From assembly GCA_951406725.2 (NCBI GenBank), contig OX597834.1, forward strand, positions 18,104,001-18,168,000: 64,000 nt of DNA, written 5' to 3'. The notes beneath the pieces are model-generated. The model was not told the origin of the DNA. It worked only from the letters and a program-made list of their open reading frames with translations, and made no database searches. Source of the DNA: Octopus vulgaris (lineage: Eukaryota). Below, piece by piece: positions 12,547-26,065 of the stretch (the stretch's first letter is position 1; each line of letters starts with the position of its first letter). A program made the position numbers and the translations under genes.

Positions 12547-12941
12547 TCTTTTACTTGTTTCAGTCAGTTGACTGCGGCCATGCTGGAGCACCGCCTTTAG
12601 TCGAGCAACTCGACCCCGGGACTTATTCTTTGGAAGCCCAGTACTTATTCTATTGGTCTCTTTTGCCGAACCGCTAAATGACGAGGACATAAACACACCA
12701 GCATCGGTTGTCAAACAATGCTAGGGGGACAAACACAGAAACACAAACATACACGCACACATATATATACATATATACGGCGGGCTTCTTTCAGTTTCCA
12801 TCTACCAAATCCACTCACAAGGCTTTGGTCGGCCCAAGGCTATAGTAGAAGACACTTGCCCAAGGTGCCACGCAGTGGGACTGAACCCGGAACCATGTGG
12901 TTGGTAAGCAAGCTACTTACCACACAGCCACTTCTGCGCCT
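12547..12941 (-). mobile_element. CORE-type SINE family A, full length
   Basis: tRNA-like head (GTGGCTGTGTGGT A-box, GGTTCAGTCCC B-box), CCTTGGGCAAGT CORE-like motif, internal TA/TG tract and GTAAAAGA tail. Confidence 0.92.
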
Positions 12942-14454
12942 GTATGTGTATGAATTAAATATATATGTTAATGTGTGAGTGTAAATAAGCATCAAAGTAT
13001 AAATTTCTTTTATAATGTATGTGTGTGTATCAGTATATATAAATATTCATGCATGTGTGTACGAAAGTGTCAGTTGTGAGTGACAGGAGCTCATGTAGAT
13101 ATTGGATGGCTTTTATGAAATTTTATGCGCATCTGTCTACAAAACTGGGTTATTTGTGGTCTACTGAGGATGGTTGTGAAAGAAATCCACACAACATGGA
13201 TCTGCCTGAACATTCAGGCTGCCCACAAAATGCCTATGGTTTTATAATTGTCAGTAGACTCCAATGGTCTGGCTATGACTAGGGTTCATGTCATAAGGAA
13301 GTGATCTGATTGGTTGAGAATAACCAAGAAAATACTAATCATGAAGAGCTCCTAAAAGGGGCCATAAACTGGAAGCCTTTTATTTTGCTCTTTTGCAATT
13401 TGAGCCCCTGAATCAACTACTGTACTGATGATTTGATTAGGACTGTGGCAGTGTTTCTACAGCTGGATGCCCTTCCTAACGCCAACCACTCCGTGAGTGT
13501 AGTGGGTGCTCTTTACATGCCACCGGCACAGGTACCAGGCGAGGCTGGTAATGGCCACGATTGGATGGTGCTTTTTACGTGCCACCGGCACGGAGGCCAG
13601 TCGAGTCAAGAAATACAGGAGAAAAAAAAAACATTGAAATTTTAATTAATTAAAAATTAATTAAAATTTGAATGGAAACATGCAAAAGTGAGGTGAGGAT
13701 GGGGGAGTCTGACATTTGGCAATTACTGTGGTATATCAGGACAATATTTAATCATGCGCTTAACTGCATTTGACAGTCAATACTTTAAATTCTATAAATA
13801 ATGTTATTGATTGGAATTCTTTCATTCATAAATGGAAGCTTGAAAGAAGGAAAAAAAAAAAGACATCTCCTGCATGGAATTCTCCTGAAGTACTCAGTGA
13901 CCGATAGAATCTATTTGCTTTGATCTTTATTGATACATCTACAATCTATCTATCTTTTGTTTTATCTGTCCTCATTATCACGTTGTATCTTTCTCTCCTT
14001 CACTCTCTTTTCCCTCTCTCTTTCTCTCACCTGTTTCCTCTCTCATCCTCTCCTCCTTTCTCCTCTTACCCTCTCTCACTTCTTTCTCTCTGTCTTTCCC
14101 TTCCTCTATCCCCACCTCTCTTCTCTCTGTAAGTCATATATCTGCTGGTACATCAGTGGTTTAAATTTAACAGTCGCTGATAAACCCAGCAGGAAAAAAA
14201 AACCGAGAAAAGAGAACTACACACTTCAACTTCATCTTAACCCATTTTTTTAAGGCGAAAAGATAAAAGCTGGATATGAAAAAAATTAATTAGTACTATG
14301 CGTGTGTGTGTGTGTGTGTGCATGTGCATTTGGTCATGTGTGTGCATCTATTCATGATTATCTCTATGTATGTTTTTGGACCAATTCAGTACTTACTTGC
14401 TCAATATTACAATCAAATTTGTGTGAGATGCAAGGGTTAGAAACGCTGGTTATA

Positions 14455-15545
14455 AATACACAAGCAAAAACACATGCATGATACATACACACACATGCAC
14501 ACACAGATACACACTCATATACACATACACACATACACATAGGCACACACAGACACACATATACATACATACACACATGTGCATGCATACATTCACATAC
14601 ATACACACATGTGCATGCATACATACATATATACATAGTGCAAATGCAAGAAACAGGTAGCTTGTCTTCCATTATCCTTACACCAAATCACCTGATGGAT
14701 TGCCTCTGGCCAATCCCTATTTAAGCAGATCTCACATCCCTGCACTTAACGTTGGTGTTTGAACACGGATTCAACCTAAGCATTCATTCGATAGTTCTTA
14801 CTGGTTTGTATGTCGCTTGACATCTGATTTCCTACCATTTACATTCTTGTATACATACTCACGTGCACACATACACATAAACACATACACATATTTGCAT
14901 ATATACATACATATACACATGTATGGCTATCTTCGTGCCTACCTGCCTATTTGCCTGCCTGCCTGCCTACCAACCTACCAATCTATCTACCAACCTACTT
15001 ACATGCATGCATACATATATACATACATACATACATGAATACACATGCACTCACACATATATATATACATATGCACACATGCATACACACATACATATAC
15101 ATCCACGTACATACACATACATGTATGCACAGACATGTACATGCAAACATACATACATTCATACACATCTATATACACACACACACATGTATATACATAT
15201 ACAGACACAATACACACATACACATACATACAAACAGACAAGCAAGCACACATACATATACACACACATATACACACATACACATACATACAGACAGACA
15301 AGCAAGCACACATACATATACACACATACACATACATACAGACAGACAAGCAAGCACACATACATATACACACACATATACACACATACACATACATACA
15401 GACAGACAAGCAAGCACACATACATATTACACACACACATACACATACAGACAGACAAGCAAGCACACATACATATACACACACATACCTACATACATAC
15501 ACATACATTACACTCAGACACAGACACACACACACACACACGTGT
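14455..15545. repeat. Compound (CA)/(CATA) low-complexity array with higher-order units
   Basis: CA/TA-rich tracts. A 50-60 bp unit containing CAGACAGACAAGCAAGCA recurs five times at 15210-15480. Source of the spurious H/T/Y and C/V/M ORFs. Confidence 0.93.
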
Positions 15546-16087
15546 ACAGAAAGAACAACATCAAACAAGAGACTTTTCACCTTAGAGTGTTTTCCAAATA
15601 CAGACATACAAAAGCATAACGAACAATACGAAAGATAATGAAATCATTCTCGTTTAATTTCCCAACTCAAAATCTCAACAGAGTGGAAACCATTAATAAA
15701 TAATAACGACTTTTCAAGTATGATGACAAAACTGTTGAAGAGATTCTAACAGTCTGAATTTAATAAAACTGATGAAATCTTGTGTTCTCTCGTAGCTAAT
15801 GTGTGTATATATAATCATTATCATCATCATTATCATTTAATAAAAGATGTGTGTGTGTCTACATACACACACACACACACATACACACACACAGAGTTTG
15901 ATGAGAGGAAATAAATTGGTTTATAGCGATGAAGAGAAAGAGGAATTTAATGTTCCTGGTAATGTCTTTTATCAGAGAGAGATGCTTTCTGATGGTTCTA
16001 AATATACAGACAGTATTTAATGAAGAATGAATGAATGGATTGATTGACTGACTGATTAATTAATTGATTGATTGATAAATATAAACT

Positions 16088-16118
16088 GATAGGTAGTTAG
16101 ATAGATAGATAGATAAAC

Positions 16119-16176
<58 letters not shown>

Positions 16177-16178
16177 AC

Positions 16179-16212
<34 letters not shown>

Positions 16213-16220
16213 GTAGGTAG
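16088..16220. repeat. (GATA)n microsatellite
   Basis: About 30 GATA units with two AAAC interruptions. Confidence 0.96.
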
Positions 16221-16911
16221 TGTGTAAATATGTGTGTATGTGAGAGAGAGAGAGCAAGAGAGAGAGAAGGGGAGGGTATAAATGGTGACAAATAATGGGA
16301 GAGGAAAAGAGAAACTGTAGATTTGCTAGAAATAGGAGTCAAGTTTATTTCAAATTGTTTCCTACTACGTTTTAAAATTTTGAAGGACATATTAGATAAT
16401 ATAGTTGTTGATAATATAGTTGCTGAAGTGTCTTTATGTGTTCACTAGATTTGCTTGAAATAGCAGCCAAATCTACTTCAAACTGAATCCTACCATCTTG
16501 AAATGGGAAAGACACTGGATATTGGAAAATGTAATCCTAGATACACAATCACCTTGAGAAAGATCTGGGTGGTCACTGCTGGAATGCCTTTGATTACAGG
16601 ATCGCTTGGTCAAAGCTGCCTTGAAGATCAACATCTGTCAACAGAAATGGATGTTTTAGATGCTTTACTTTCCATCTTTTAATTGCTTCACTCACTGGAC
16701 TGTGGCCAGTCTGGGGCACTGCTTTGAAGGGTTTTAGTTAAACAAATCAACTCCAGCGCTTACATTATTATTATTTTCTTTTTTTAAGTCTAGTACTCAT
16801 TTTAATAGCCTCTTTTCTGAACTGTTAAGTTATGGGGACATAAACAAACCAACACTAGGTGTTAGGCAGTGGGATGGGAAGATGACAAACAAAAGCACAA
16901 AGACACACACA

Positions 16912-16963
<52 letters not shown>

Positions 16964-17119
16964 CACACACAAACACACATCAAAAATGTGAAATAATTTT
17001 TTTTTCGTTAGGAACAGTGGATCTTGAAATTGGCAAAGCTAATAATAGTGAGTAAATATTGGGTTAAAAAGACTTTTGGGGTAGAAAAAAATCAAAGGCT
17101 GGCTTTAGGGCAGGAACCC

Positions 17120-17430
17120 ACACCTGTAAACATAGCAGGCATTCTACCATTCAAACAGGAAGGAAGAGCTATTTTCATCATCCTTGTGGCTATGGCGAAA
17201 GAATGTATCTGGTGGACGCGTCTGAAAGGATTGGAGACAAACACTTTCCTCTCTGGTCAATCTTTCATCAACTCCTTCAAGTATCACTTGAAAAGGAAAG
17301 TGAAAGTAGAGAGGCAAGTTTTGTCTAGCGTATGTTTTAAAAAAAGATGGGTGAATGTAGCAAGGATGGCATGTATGAATGACGAAGCCACCTTGAGCAT
17401 AATCCTATGAACCCAGAAATTTAAAACAGA
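17120..17430 (+). mobile_element. L1/Tx1-clade LINE 3' fragment
   Basis: Encodes FIILVAMAKECIWWTRLK...FKYHLKRKVKVER...FKKRW, resembling the Tx1/L1 ORF2 C-terminus (AK..IW..R). Confidence 0.7.
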
Positions 17431-18155
17431 TGGTTACCCACTTGCAAACAAATGTGGTAACATGTAACATGCTTTCATATCCTTCCTTCTGTGCTATAAC
17501 CCACCCAGTGGACGGATCGTGTCTTGCAAGTACGTGGTCACCTCACCAGTGCTAGGTCCCGCATGAAAAAACTCCGTAGACTCTGTAAAGTAGTTGGCAG
17601 CAGGCAGGGCATCCAGCTGTAGAAGCCATGCCAAGACAGACATTGGAGCTGGGTGCCACCCTCTGGTTTGTCAATTCATGCTGACTTGCCCAATGCATGT
17701 CAGTAAGGAAAACAGGACGTGAAATGATGATGATGATGATGATGATGATGACATTGTTGTTCAAAGTCCTAATTCCCATCACACCAACAAAATAATTCCT
17801 AGTTAAGTATTGGCACCAATTAACCCAGCAACAATCCTCCTGCAATGTTTATCACAGACATAGAAATTGTCATTTTTGTGTCGCTGATAAATATGGCTTT
17901 GAATACAGAGCTGTGGAGATAAGTCAATTATAGTTTGATAACAATAACAACAGCACAGTAGTAAATGTGAAATTATAAAACAGAATGATTGCTTTTAATA
18001 ATCCTTTTAGTTTAAACGTCGTAACATGTTTCATTAATTAATGTTTTTGTTGAGCGGGATTTATGGTGAAGGATATTCAAGAAAGAAAATTTATTGAGAC
18101 ATGCAAACTTGGCTTTTATGATACAATGCTGTTTATAATTGAATCATACATAGAT

Positions 18156-18692
18156 GCACACACACACACACACACATACATACATACACACATATACATA
18201 CATACATACATACATACATACATACATACATACACATACATACATACATACACAAACATACATACAAACATGCATACACATACATACAAACATGCACATA
18301 CATGCATACATACATACATGCACACACACACACATACATGCATACATACATACATATACATACATACATACACACATATACATACATACATATATACATA
18401 CATACACATACATACATACATACACACATACATACATACACACATATACATACATACATACATACACACATATACATACATACATACACACACATACATA
18501 CATACATACACACATACATACATACACACATATACATACATACATACATATACACACACATGCATACATACAAACATGCACATACATACATGCATACACA
18601 CCCATACATACATACATACACACACATACATGCATGCATACACAAACACATACATGCATGCATGTGTGTGTGTGTGTGAGTGTGTGTAGACA
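18156..18692. repeat. (CATA)/(CA) microsatellite array
   Basis: About 540 bp of degenerate CATA repeats. Confidence 0.96.
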
Positions 18693-18919
18693 CAGATAAA
18701 AATCACATGAATAAGATTATGAGGCAAAGCAAAATCAAACAAACAAATGAATAATGAATAAATATAGCATCATCATCATCATCATCATTTTACCATTCAC
18801 TTTTTCATGCATGAATGGTTCAGACTGGACTTGTTGACACAGATTTTCTATAGCTTGATACCTTTCCGGTCACCAAACACACACACATACATACACACGT
18901 TTATATGTGCATACATATA

Positions 18920-19769
18920 TAGGGTGCAATGGGTAAAATGTTGCCATTTTATATTCTTAATTTTACACAAGTGCATTGTCTATTTTTGATTTTGTTGACT
19001 ACACAGTATAGTAGGGTCAGTTGGGCACTGCCTGTGAGAAGAACAGCACCATGACACAATTCACTCTGCCAGAAATTTGGAAACAACATACTGTACTGCA
19101 TGGCATTCATGCTGGAAGCTCCAATATTAACATTTCAGAGTGCTTGGGTTCAATCCGAGGACATGTACCGAGAGTGATAATCAAACATCCAGTCAACATC
19201 ATGGTGTTTGGAGTGATCACTAGTAATGGTGATATTATGCCTCCATTCATCTTCCCATATGACCTCAGACTGAACACGGAGGCCTGGAAGAGGTTGTGCT
19301 GTCCTGGGTCAAAAGAGTAGCTGCTGGAAGACTCTATTCTGGCAGCAGGACTCTGCACCATGCCACACAAGCAGGAGAACTGAGTAATGGCTATCAGACA
19401 ATTTCTGCAACCATATCACCCCTAACATCTAGCCACCTAACTCAACAGACTGCAACCCCTTCATTATTATGTATGGGATGTTGTGTGAGAGACCAACAAA
19501 ACTCCTTGTAAGACCAAAGATGAACTGAAGGCAAGGATTATGGTAGTATTCACCAACTTAAACAAGGAGACCACCCAGAAGAGTTGAAGGAGATTCCAAA
19601 GTCGTCTAGAGGCCGTGGTTGAAGCCAATGGTGATTTTATTGAATAAATTTACTCTTTAATATTTCAAGATATTTTTAGGTAATTTTGGTAAATGTATCT
19701 GTTAAAATGAGATGTCAGTGTAATTTCCATTTTGTGTAATTTAGATGTCAATATATTCACCACACTCTG
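18920..19769 (+). mobile_element. Tc1/mariner relic, maT/DD37D-like, internally deleted
   Basis: TA-flanked degenerate TIRs (TAGGGTG... and ...CACTCTG). Decayed transposase KHPVNIMVFGVITSNG...WQQDSAPCHTSRRT..WLSDNF....(W)PPNSTDCNP(L)...RLEAVVEANGDFIE-stop, with stops and frameshifts. 37 residues separate the second Asp from the expected third acidic position after correcting a 1-nt deletion. Confidence 0.88.
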
Positions 19770-22700
19770 TATATTCATACATATACATAAATATATACAT
19801 GCATATACATATATGTACATACACTCCTACACGCCCCATACATATACATATATACATATACATAAAACCACTGTTGATAAAGTCTTTGTCTAAATTCCCT
19901 GCTCCATTTGTCATAGAAGCAGGAGAAGCAGTTATTTCCCTGTAGGCCTTAGTTAATCAGTGTAATCAGGAGTTTAAGACAGATGAAATATTCTCAAGTT
20001 CTCAACAAGAAGAAAGGCAGTCGTTGTGATGCAGTTGCTGTTATGTCATGTGCAGGGGATGGATGAGGGAGACAGGAAGTTATCATCTGATATTTGGAAG
20101 TTGAGAATCTGTAGAGACATTGAAGGTTTTAAATTGTATGTTGTCATAGCAACAGAGGCTGAGGGACAAGATGGCTTCTTTGTTAAATCCAAAAAGTGGG
20201 TCTTTGTTTCATTGAAGGAGACAAGACTGCCATGTTCTCCCCACCCACCCAACAGGATAATGTTTTTTGAAATTTGTATATTCATAGAGATGGTTTAGGT
20301 TTGACATGATGCCCAGGTCACATGTGAAGGGTGACTCTATGTGGAGTAATGAAGAGAAGCTTCATCTACATAGAAGTGAGTGATTTTAGTTGTGACAGCA
20401 ACAGATTGTTAACATACAGGTAGAAGAGTGTATGGAACATAACTGTACTTTAGAACAAATCAGAGTTGAGAGAGAGAAAGAGAGGGTATTTCTTTATTCA
20501 CCATAAGGTTGAAGAAAAGAGGGGATAATACGGGGACAGACAAAACAAACGTTGGGGTCAGGGTATCGAATGAGATGAAATGTATGAATTAACAAACAAT
20601 TAAAATATATACAATTAAATGAGAATGAGTGATTAACAAAAAATGAAGCGGAGGACGTGGTTGACCCCACAAACCACATACTCACACTGAAGACTTTGCT
20701 TTCTCCTTTTTCACATTCTTGATTAAACAGGGTCTTTCACTTGCAACATACTTGGAGGGGCAGCAGAGAGAAAGAGAGAGTTACATTGACACACACAAGT
20801 GTGTTGTTTAGTAGGAACATAAAATGAGATCAGAGACAGGTGAAGCTTCAGGGTGAAGAGTTTAGATCAAAGATTTCCATGCCAGTTACAGTCAAGTTCT
20901 TTACTCATGTCAAGTGCAACGACAATACAATGACGGATAAGTTATTGATATTGTTTACAGAGTATGGTATTAATAGGTCATTAAATGTGCAAGCTGAAAA
21001 AAAATTATACTTTTGCTGTGACTTTGTACAGAGAGTAAAAATTGATATATCGGATTCTTTATTCATTTGGTATCCTTATTGATTAATATATGAACAGCAG
21101 TATATTTTTTTATATTTTATCAGATGAAGTAAGTTTGTGGCAGTTAACAGGAAAAAAAAATATTGGATTTTTGGAAGAAGTATCAGAGAAAATATATGCA
21201 ATTCATAACACATTATTTGTAAAGAGCTGAACGTTGGAAGACATGATATTTGAGAGATATACTACGTGGATGAATAATGTAGAATATGCAGAAAAATGAA
21301 GATATTTTTAGTGACATAAGAATTAAGTTGACAGAGTACATGACATTCGTGAAAGCTTCACTGACAGATAACAGGCATCTGTACAATGCAGTCACTCCTA
21401 TGTTAATATGAAATATGCTCTAACATTTGATGTGATGTATGTGATTACTGGAGTAGAACTTCTTTTCTGTCAATCTTGTGCAGCAACAAAAGCAGTTTAT
21501 ACGTCAATGGCAATAAAATACTTCACTGTATTTAAACTAACTTGGTCCACATAATATTTAATAGTTAACAGTCATGGACTTTTATATGCTGAGTTCAAAA
21601 GCAGTGAAGTTGCTAAGATCAAATACCAGTCAACTATTTGGTTTGTATAACTGTCTGTTACTTACTTGCAAAACGTGTGGCCTTATACCTACGTAACAAA
21701 TCGATATTTAATGTCAGAAATCAATATTTAATATATTTTTAGCATCATTCTATTGCCTCCTCTGGTTGTAAATTTGCATTTTCTTCACCTGTTTTATTTG
21801 TCTTGGAATGTGAAAAATTCTGTAAATAACACAATTTTTACTGATTTATATCAGAGATTTTGACTAATGCAGGAGTGGTGAACTCCAAAATCATATCTAA
21901 TTTTGCTTAGTTTGTCAAACTTTATCAAATTTTTGTTATACAATATGCCACTAATTTTACAGATTGCCATTAAAAGATATCCGATTACAATGACACTGTC
22001 CAATACATATCCTGGTATCTTAAAAGTTAGACCTATTCTTGGCTAAAGAAGCTTTGTATTGAAATAAACTGATTTAGTAATATATAGTTGTTTTAATAAT
22101 GTATAATATATTAATAACATGTAATATAGCTGCTTTTGCATCAAAATAGTTAAACATTAATTAATTAGAATAGGACAAAACTGAAGCTGCTTTTGCAATT
22201 AGCTCCCCAAAAGTTGATCTGTTTTTAAAGGCACCAAAGCCCAAGGTTCAACGAGAGCAATTAACATCAGTGCACAAGGGGTTACATTAGCACATAAAGC
22301 AATGCAGAATTTCCAAAACTGGGGCTGATAGATCAAAACTAATGACATATTTGAAACAAACACCCCAAATATGCCTCAAAATAGATTTCACTTTCAACGA
22401 TGTAGAATGCTCTTCGGTTTTTGTTTTTTTTTATTGGCTCATGTAATCAATACAATACTTTAGGGTAAAATCTGAAATTCAAAGAAACTGATAACAGTTT
22501 TTGTCAGCAACGATTACTCTACCAAAGAATTCTATAAGTTCAATTGTTGTGAGGAGTGGAAAGTCTGATGTTCTGGGGCCTCAGCCTTTCACAGAGTTGA
22601 CATATTGTACTACCCATGATATAGCTATCCAACCCTCTAGGTTCTGTTTTATGCTCCCCAAGATGCCACTTTCCAGGTATTTTCTCCTCCATCCATGATT

Positions 22701-22957
22701 TTTGTTTAGCAGTTGTTCAATAATAACATTAACTCCATCAACCTCACACTTGAGATACGGTTTTGAAAAGGTTTTGCACACAGATCCTTCCTTCAGACCA
22801 ATTTGTTAATGAGTTAGAAACATTTTGGTGTCACTTTGGTTATAAGCTAATAAATTCTTTCTTTCTTTTCTTCTTTTAGCAAATGGTCTCACAAGGCTTG
22901 TGAAGATCCAAAAAGGGACCATGCTTATGACCTTCACAAGCCCTGTAGAGATCAGTG

Positions 22958-23190
22958 AGGCGGCGAGCTGGCAGAAACGTTAGCACGCCGGGCGAAATGC
23001 ATAGCCGTATTTCGTCTGCCATTACGTTCTGAGTTCAAATTCCGCCGAGGTCGACTTAACCTTTCATCCTTCCGGGGTCGATAAATTAAGTACCAGTTAC
23101 ACACTGGGGTTGATATAATCGACTTAATATCTATGTCTGTCCTTGTTTGTCCCCTCTGTGTTTAGCCCCTTGTGGGTAGTAAAGAAATAG
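22958..23190 (+). mobile_element. SINE family B with Meta-domain-like core
   Basis: Head GGCGGCGAGCTGGCAGAAACGTTAG, B-box GAGTTCAAATTC, and CCTTTCATCCTTCCGGGGTCGATAAATTAAGTACC (Meta-domain-like). Confidence 0.88.
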
Positions 23191-23837
23191 AGGCTGTAGC
23201 AGTTGATGTTCTTATAGAAAAACTATGACTGAAGAGAAAATTTCAAGGAGGAGATTTTCTGGAAGCAAAAGACATTCTATATTATTTGCAAGGTGTTATC
23301 TTGTTTGTTGTTACCACGTTTTGACTGAGCACAGTCGGTTTACCCGATGATAAAGGCCTCTTGGAAAAGATACAAAAGATAAGTGGTCCACATGACATCA
23401 GGATGGTATTTAGAAGTAATAAAAACATTTTGCAAATATCTTCTCTGAGTAAAACCACCCACAGAAGAGAATATGACCAAAAACTGCTTGTACTCTATCC
23501 CATGCAGTTGTGGTAGGCTATACAAAAGTGAAACATACCGCCCCCTTAAAGTAAGGGTAGAGGAACATTATAAAGCTGTGTCACAAGGGGATATTGAACA
23601 ATTGGGTATTGCCAATCATGTATGGAATAATGGAGACCACCTCCCGCTGTGGGATGAAGTTAAAATAACCAGCAGAGAACGCCATTGGAAAATATGAAAA
23701 TTAAAAGAGGCTGCACATATGCTAGGACACAATAACCTCCTAAGCAGACCTAGTGCAGATATGAATGTAATATGAGAACCAGTATTAAGAAAAGATAAAA
23801 TGCTAGGTTTATAAGCCCTAAACTTCACTCTATAATT

Positions 23838-23909
23838 ATCCATATAGCATAGTGGATAAGAGCATGGGCTATTAACCCTAGAATTCTAAGTTCAATGCTT
23901 GGCAGGGTC
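23838..23909 (+). pseudogene. Degenerate tRNA-like segment
   Basis: TAGCATAGTGG A-box, GGG-CTATTAA-CCC anticodon-like arm, and CTAAG-TTCAATG-CTTGG T-arm at canonical spacing. The acceptor stem pairs poorly, so this is not a functional tRNA. Confidence 0.55.
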
Positions 23910-24014
23910 TTGAAAAATAACACCAACAGAAAGAAAACAACATCAGCAACATACCTTAGGAATGAGAACAGTGTGCCCCAGGAGTCAAATAAAGGGTTGG
24001 GTTTGAAATTCCGC

Positions 24015-24066
24015 CAGAACACCTGATGAAGGCTGGAGAGTACATCAGCTGAAATGTGATAATAAC
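24015..24066 (+). ncRNA. Degenerate hammerhead ribozyme of the Penelope-like element
   Basis: CTGATGA (24023-24029), stem II GGCTG...CAGCT, GAAA (24051-24054). The stem III/cleavage triplet region is decayed (GAAATGTG, probably from GAAACG). Confidence 0.6.
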
Positions 24067-24990
24067 AAACAAGATGAGGACACCTATTCGTCCATTGTAA
24101 ATAATGTACATAATTCCTCATCCTGAAAATATAGAAAATCCATTCTGGATATAATACAGAGCCAAGAGAGGCAGACATGTTATGGGTGATGAGAAAAGAA
24201 CAACACCAGCTTCTTTCTTTTCCTCACCCCAAGATAAAAGAAAAGGGCCTAAAATAATAGATTCTTTACTCTGGATAGCAACCGAACCTATCAATGCATT
24301 AATTTATTTGGTTCTATTTATGCTTTATCACGAATAACTAATTTTTTTTTAAAAAAGGCTATAAATCAATTTATTTGGATTTCACTTTGTAAAGCATATA
24401 AACTTCAATAGTTCCAGATTGTGGAAATACAAAAAAAAATTGGCAAGAGTAGGAGTGTTGTGGTTTGTTTGATGTAATGCAGAATATATATAAGACAGGA
24501 AAGACTATGTTAATGGTAATGTAGATGGAACATGAAACATCAATAATAGCAATAACAAAGATATTGAAATGTTAATTCAGAAATATTTAATTAGTCTTGA
24601 TATTTTGGTTTTAAAGTATACATTAGGGAGGCATGAGATTAAATAAAAACTTGGCCTTGTGAAGGGTCCATTCATTGGAGATGGGAAAAGAAGATAACAT
24701 CCGAAATATTAGATTTCACTTCATTTCATGGAATGTAGCTTCTACATGGATCGCATGATCTGCTAGAAACAGTAGCCAAACCTCTCTCAAGATAGGAAAA
24801 ACATATTGGATAATGTAACCCTAGATGTACTACGTCAGAATAAAAAAACAGGATGGGCTGGTCATGATTGGAGTACATAGAGTTCATAGTTCTACTTGAT
24901 AAGGACCTACTTGGAGCTAAGCAACAGTCACAACAACAACAAAAGCAGCAACAGCAGCAGCAGAAGCAGCTATTTAGTTTTTATTATCAA

Positions 24991-25369
24991 CTAGCAGTAT
25001 CGCCCGGCGTTGCTCGGGTTTGTAAGGGAAATAACTATATAAGCATTTTTAGAGAGTTATAGCCAAAAAATAGCAAAAAAATGCATTAAAAATGGAAAAA
25101 AAAAATGATGGTAAATTTTTTTTTAAATTGTTGACTCATCGTAGACATTTTTAGAGAGTTATTTCCCTTATATAATAGCGAAAAATGCATTAAAATGGAA
25201 AAAAATGATGGTAAATTTTTGTAGACGCGCGCTAATACCCAGAAGGGCTCGATATGAATCACGACTATAAGATACCAGGTTTTGATTACACTGCACCGCA
25301 AAATATGAGAGTAGTTAGGAATCTAAATCGTAGGAGACAGACACACAATTTCACTTTTATATATAAAGA
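24991..25369 (-). mobile_element. Non-autonomous Helitron-type element
   Basis: The minus strand starts TC(TTTATATATAAAAG) after a host A and ends in a CCCGAGCAACGCCGGG hairpin plus CTAG before a host T. No TSD. Contains an internal duplicated segment of about 110 bp. Confidence 0.85.
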
Positions 25370-25585
25370 TGTGATTCTTGCTGATGCTGGCCATCTAACT
25401 TCCTCGCTCTGGTGACTGTCTTTAAAATTCTGCCTCGTTAATTAACTTTCTATTATTGATTATGTCTTTCAATACTGCATTGAAGTACACAGGAGAGTGA
25501 GGGGGAGAGGGAGGGAGAGAGAGAGAGAGAGGTGGGGTGGCAGACGAATCGAGAAGTCTGAAGACAGAGTTTTCTTACTCTAACC

Positions 25586-25804
25586 CAGTGGTTTTCAACC
25601 AGGGTTCCGCGGAACCTTAGGGTTCCGCCAGTACAGTCCAGGGGTTCCGCAAGAAGTTACAAAACTGCTAAAATCGGCAGTAATTTTTAATTCTCCTGTG
25701 CAGATATGTGTGCATAAGACTATTAAATTATTGCACAGGGGTTCCTTGAGCCAGTGGAATATTTCCTTGGGGTTCCGCTCCAGCAAAAATGTTGAAAAGC
25801 ACTG
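25586..25804. mobile_element. hAT-type MITE
   Basis: TIRs CAGTGGTTTTCAAC and GTTGAAAAGCACTG. Perfect 8-bp TSD CTCTAACC. Repeated GGGTTCC subterminal motifs. Confidence 0.92.
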
Positions 25805-26065
25805 CTCTAACCGAACTGCCATTGACTATTTCATGCACCACTTGAAGAATAAGTCAGGATGGGAAAGGAAATACTTCTCTCTGTATTGACATGTGACTGT
25901 CTGCAGAGAGTATACCCTGGTTAAATGGTTCTACCCTGAACATGCTGTAGACCACTGACATCAAATGTGAGACGGTACTTAGCCTTGGTACTCACAGTAA
26001 ACCAAAATCTGTGGAGTCCCTCGACCACCCCCAAGACAGCTGTTCTCCCATTGAGATGATTTCCT

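Larger units (their letters stand above)
23324..24138 (+). mobile_element. Penelope-like element 3' relic (GIY-YIG endonuclease plus pLTR region)
   Basis: Encodes LP..KGLLEKIQKI..PHDIRMVFRS...CLYSIPCSCGRLYKSETYRPLKVRVEEH....IANHVW...H...WDEVKI...E.HWK..KLKEA, the PLE linker plus GIY-YIG domain, with stops and frameshifts. Hammerhead core downstream. Confidence 0.9.

Noticed and set aside
14364-18742. Long ORFs of 100-222 aa rich in H/T/Y/I or C/V/M/Y (also 7529-7981 and 59825-60309)
   Set aside because: They are translations of CA/CATA microsatellites, open in several frames on both strands.
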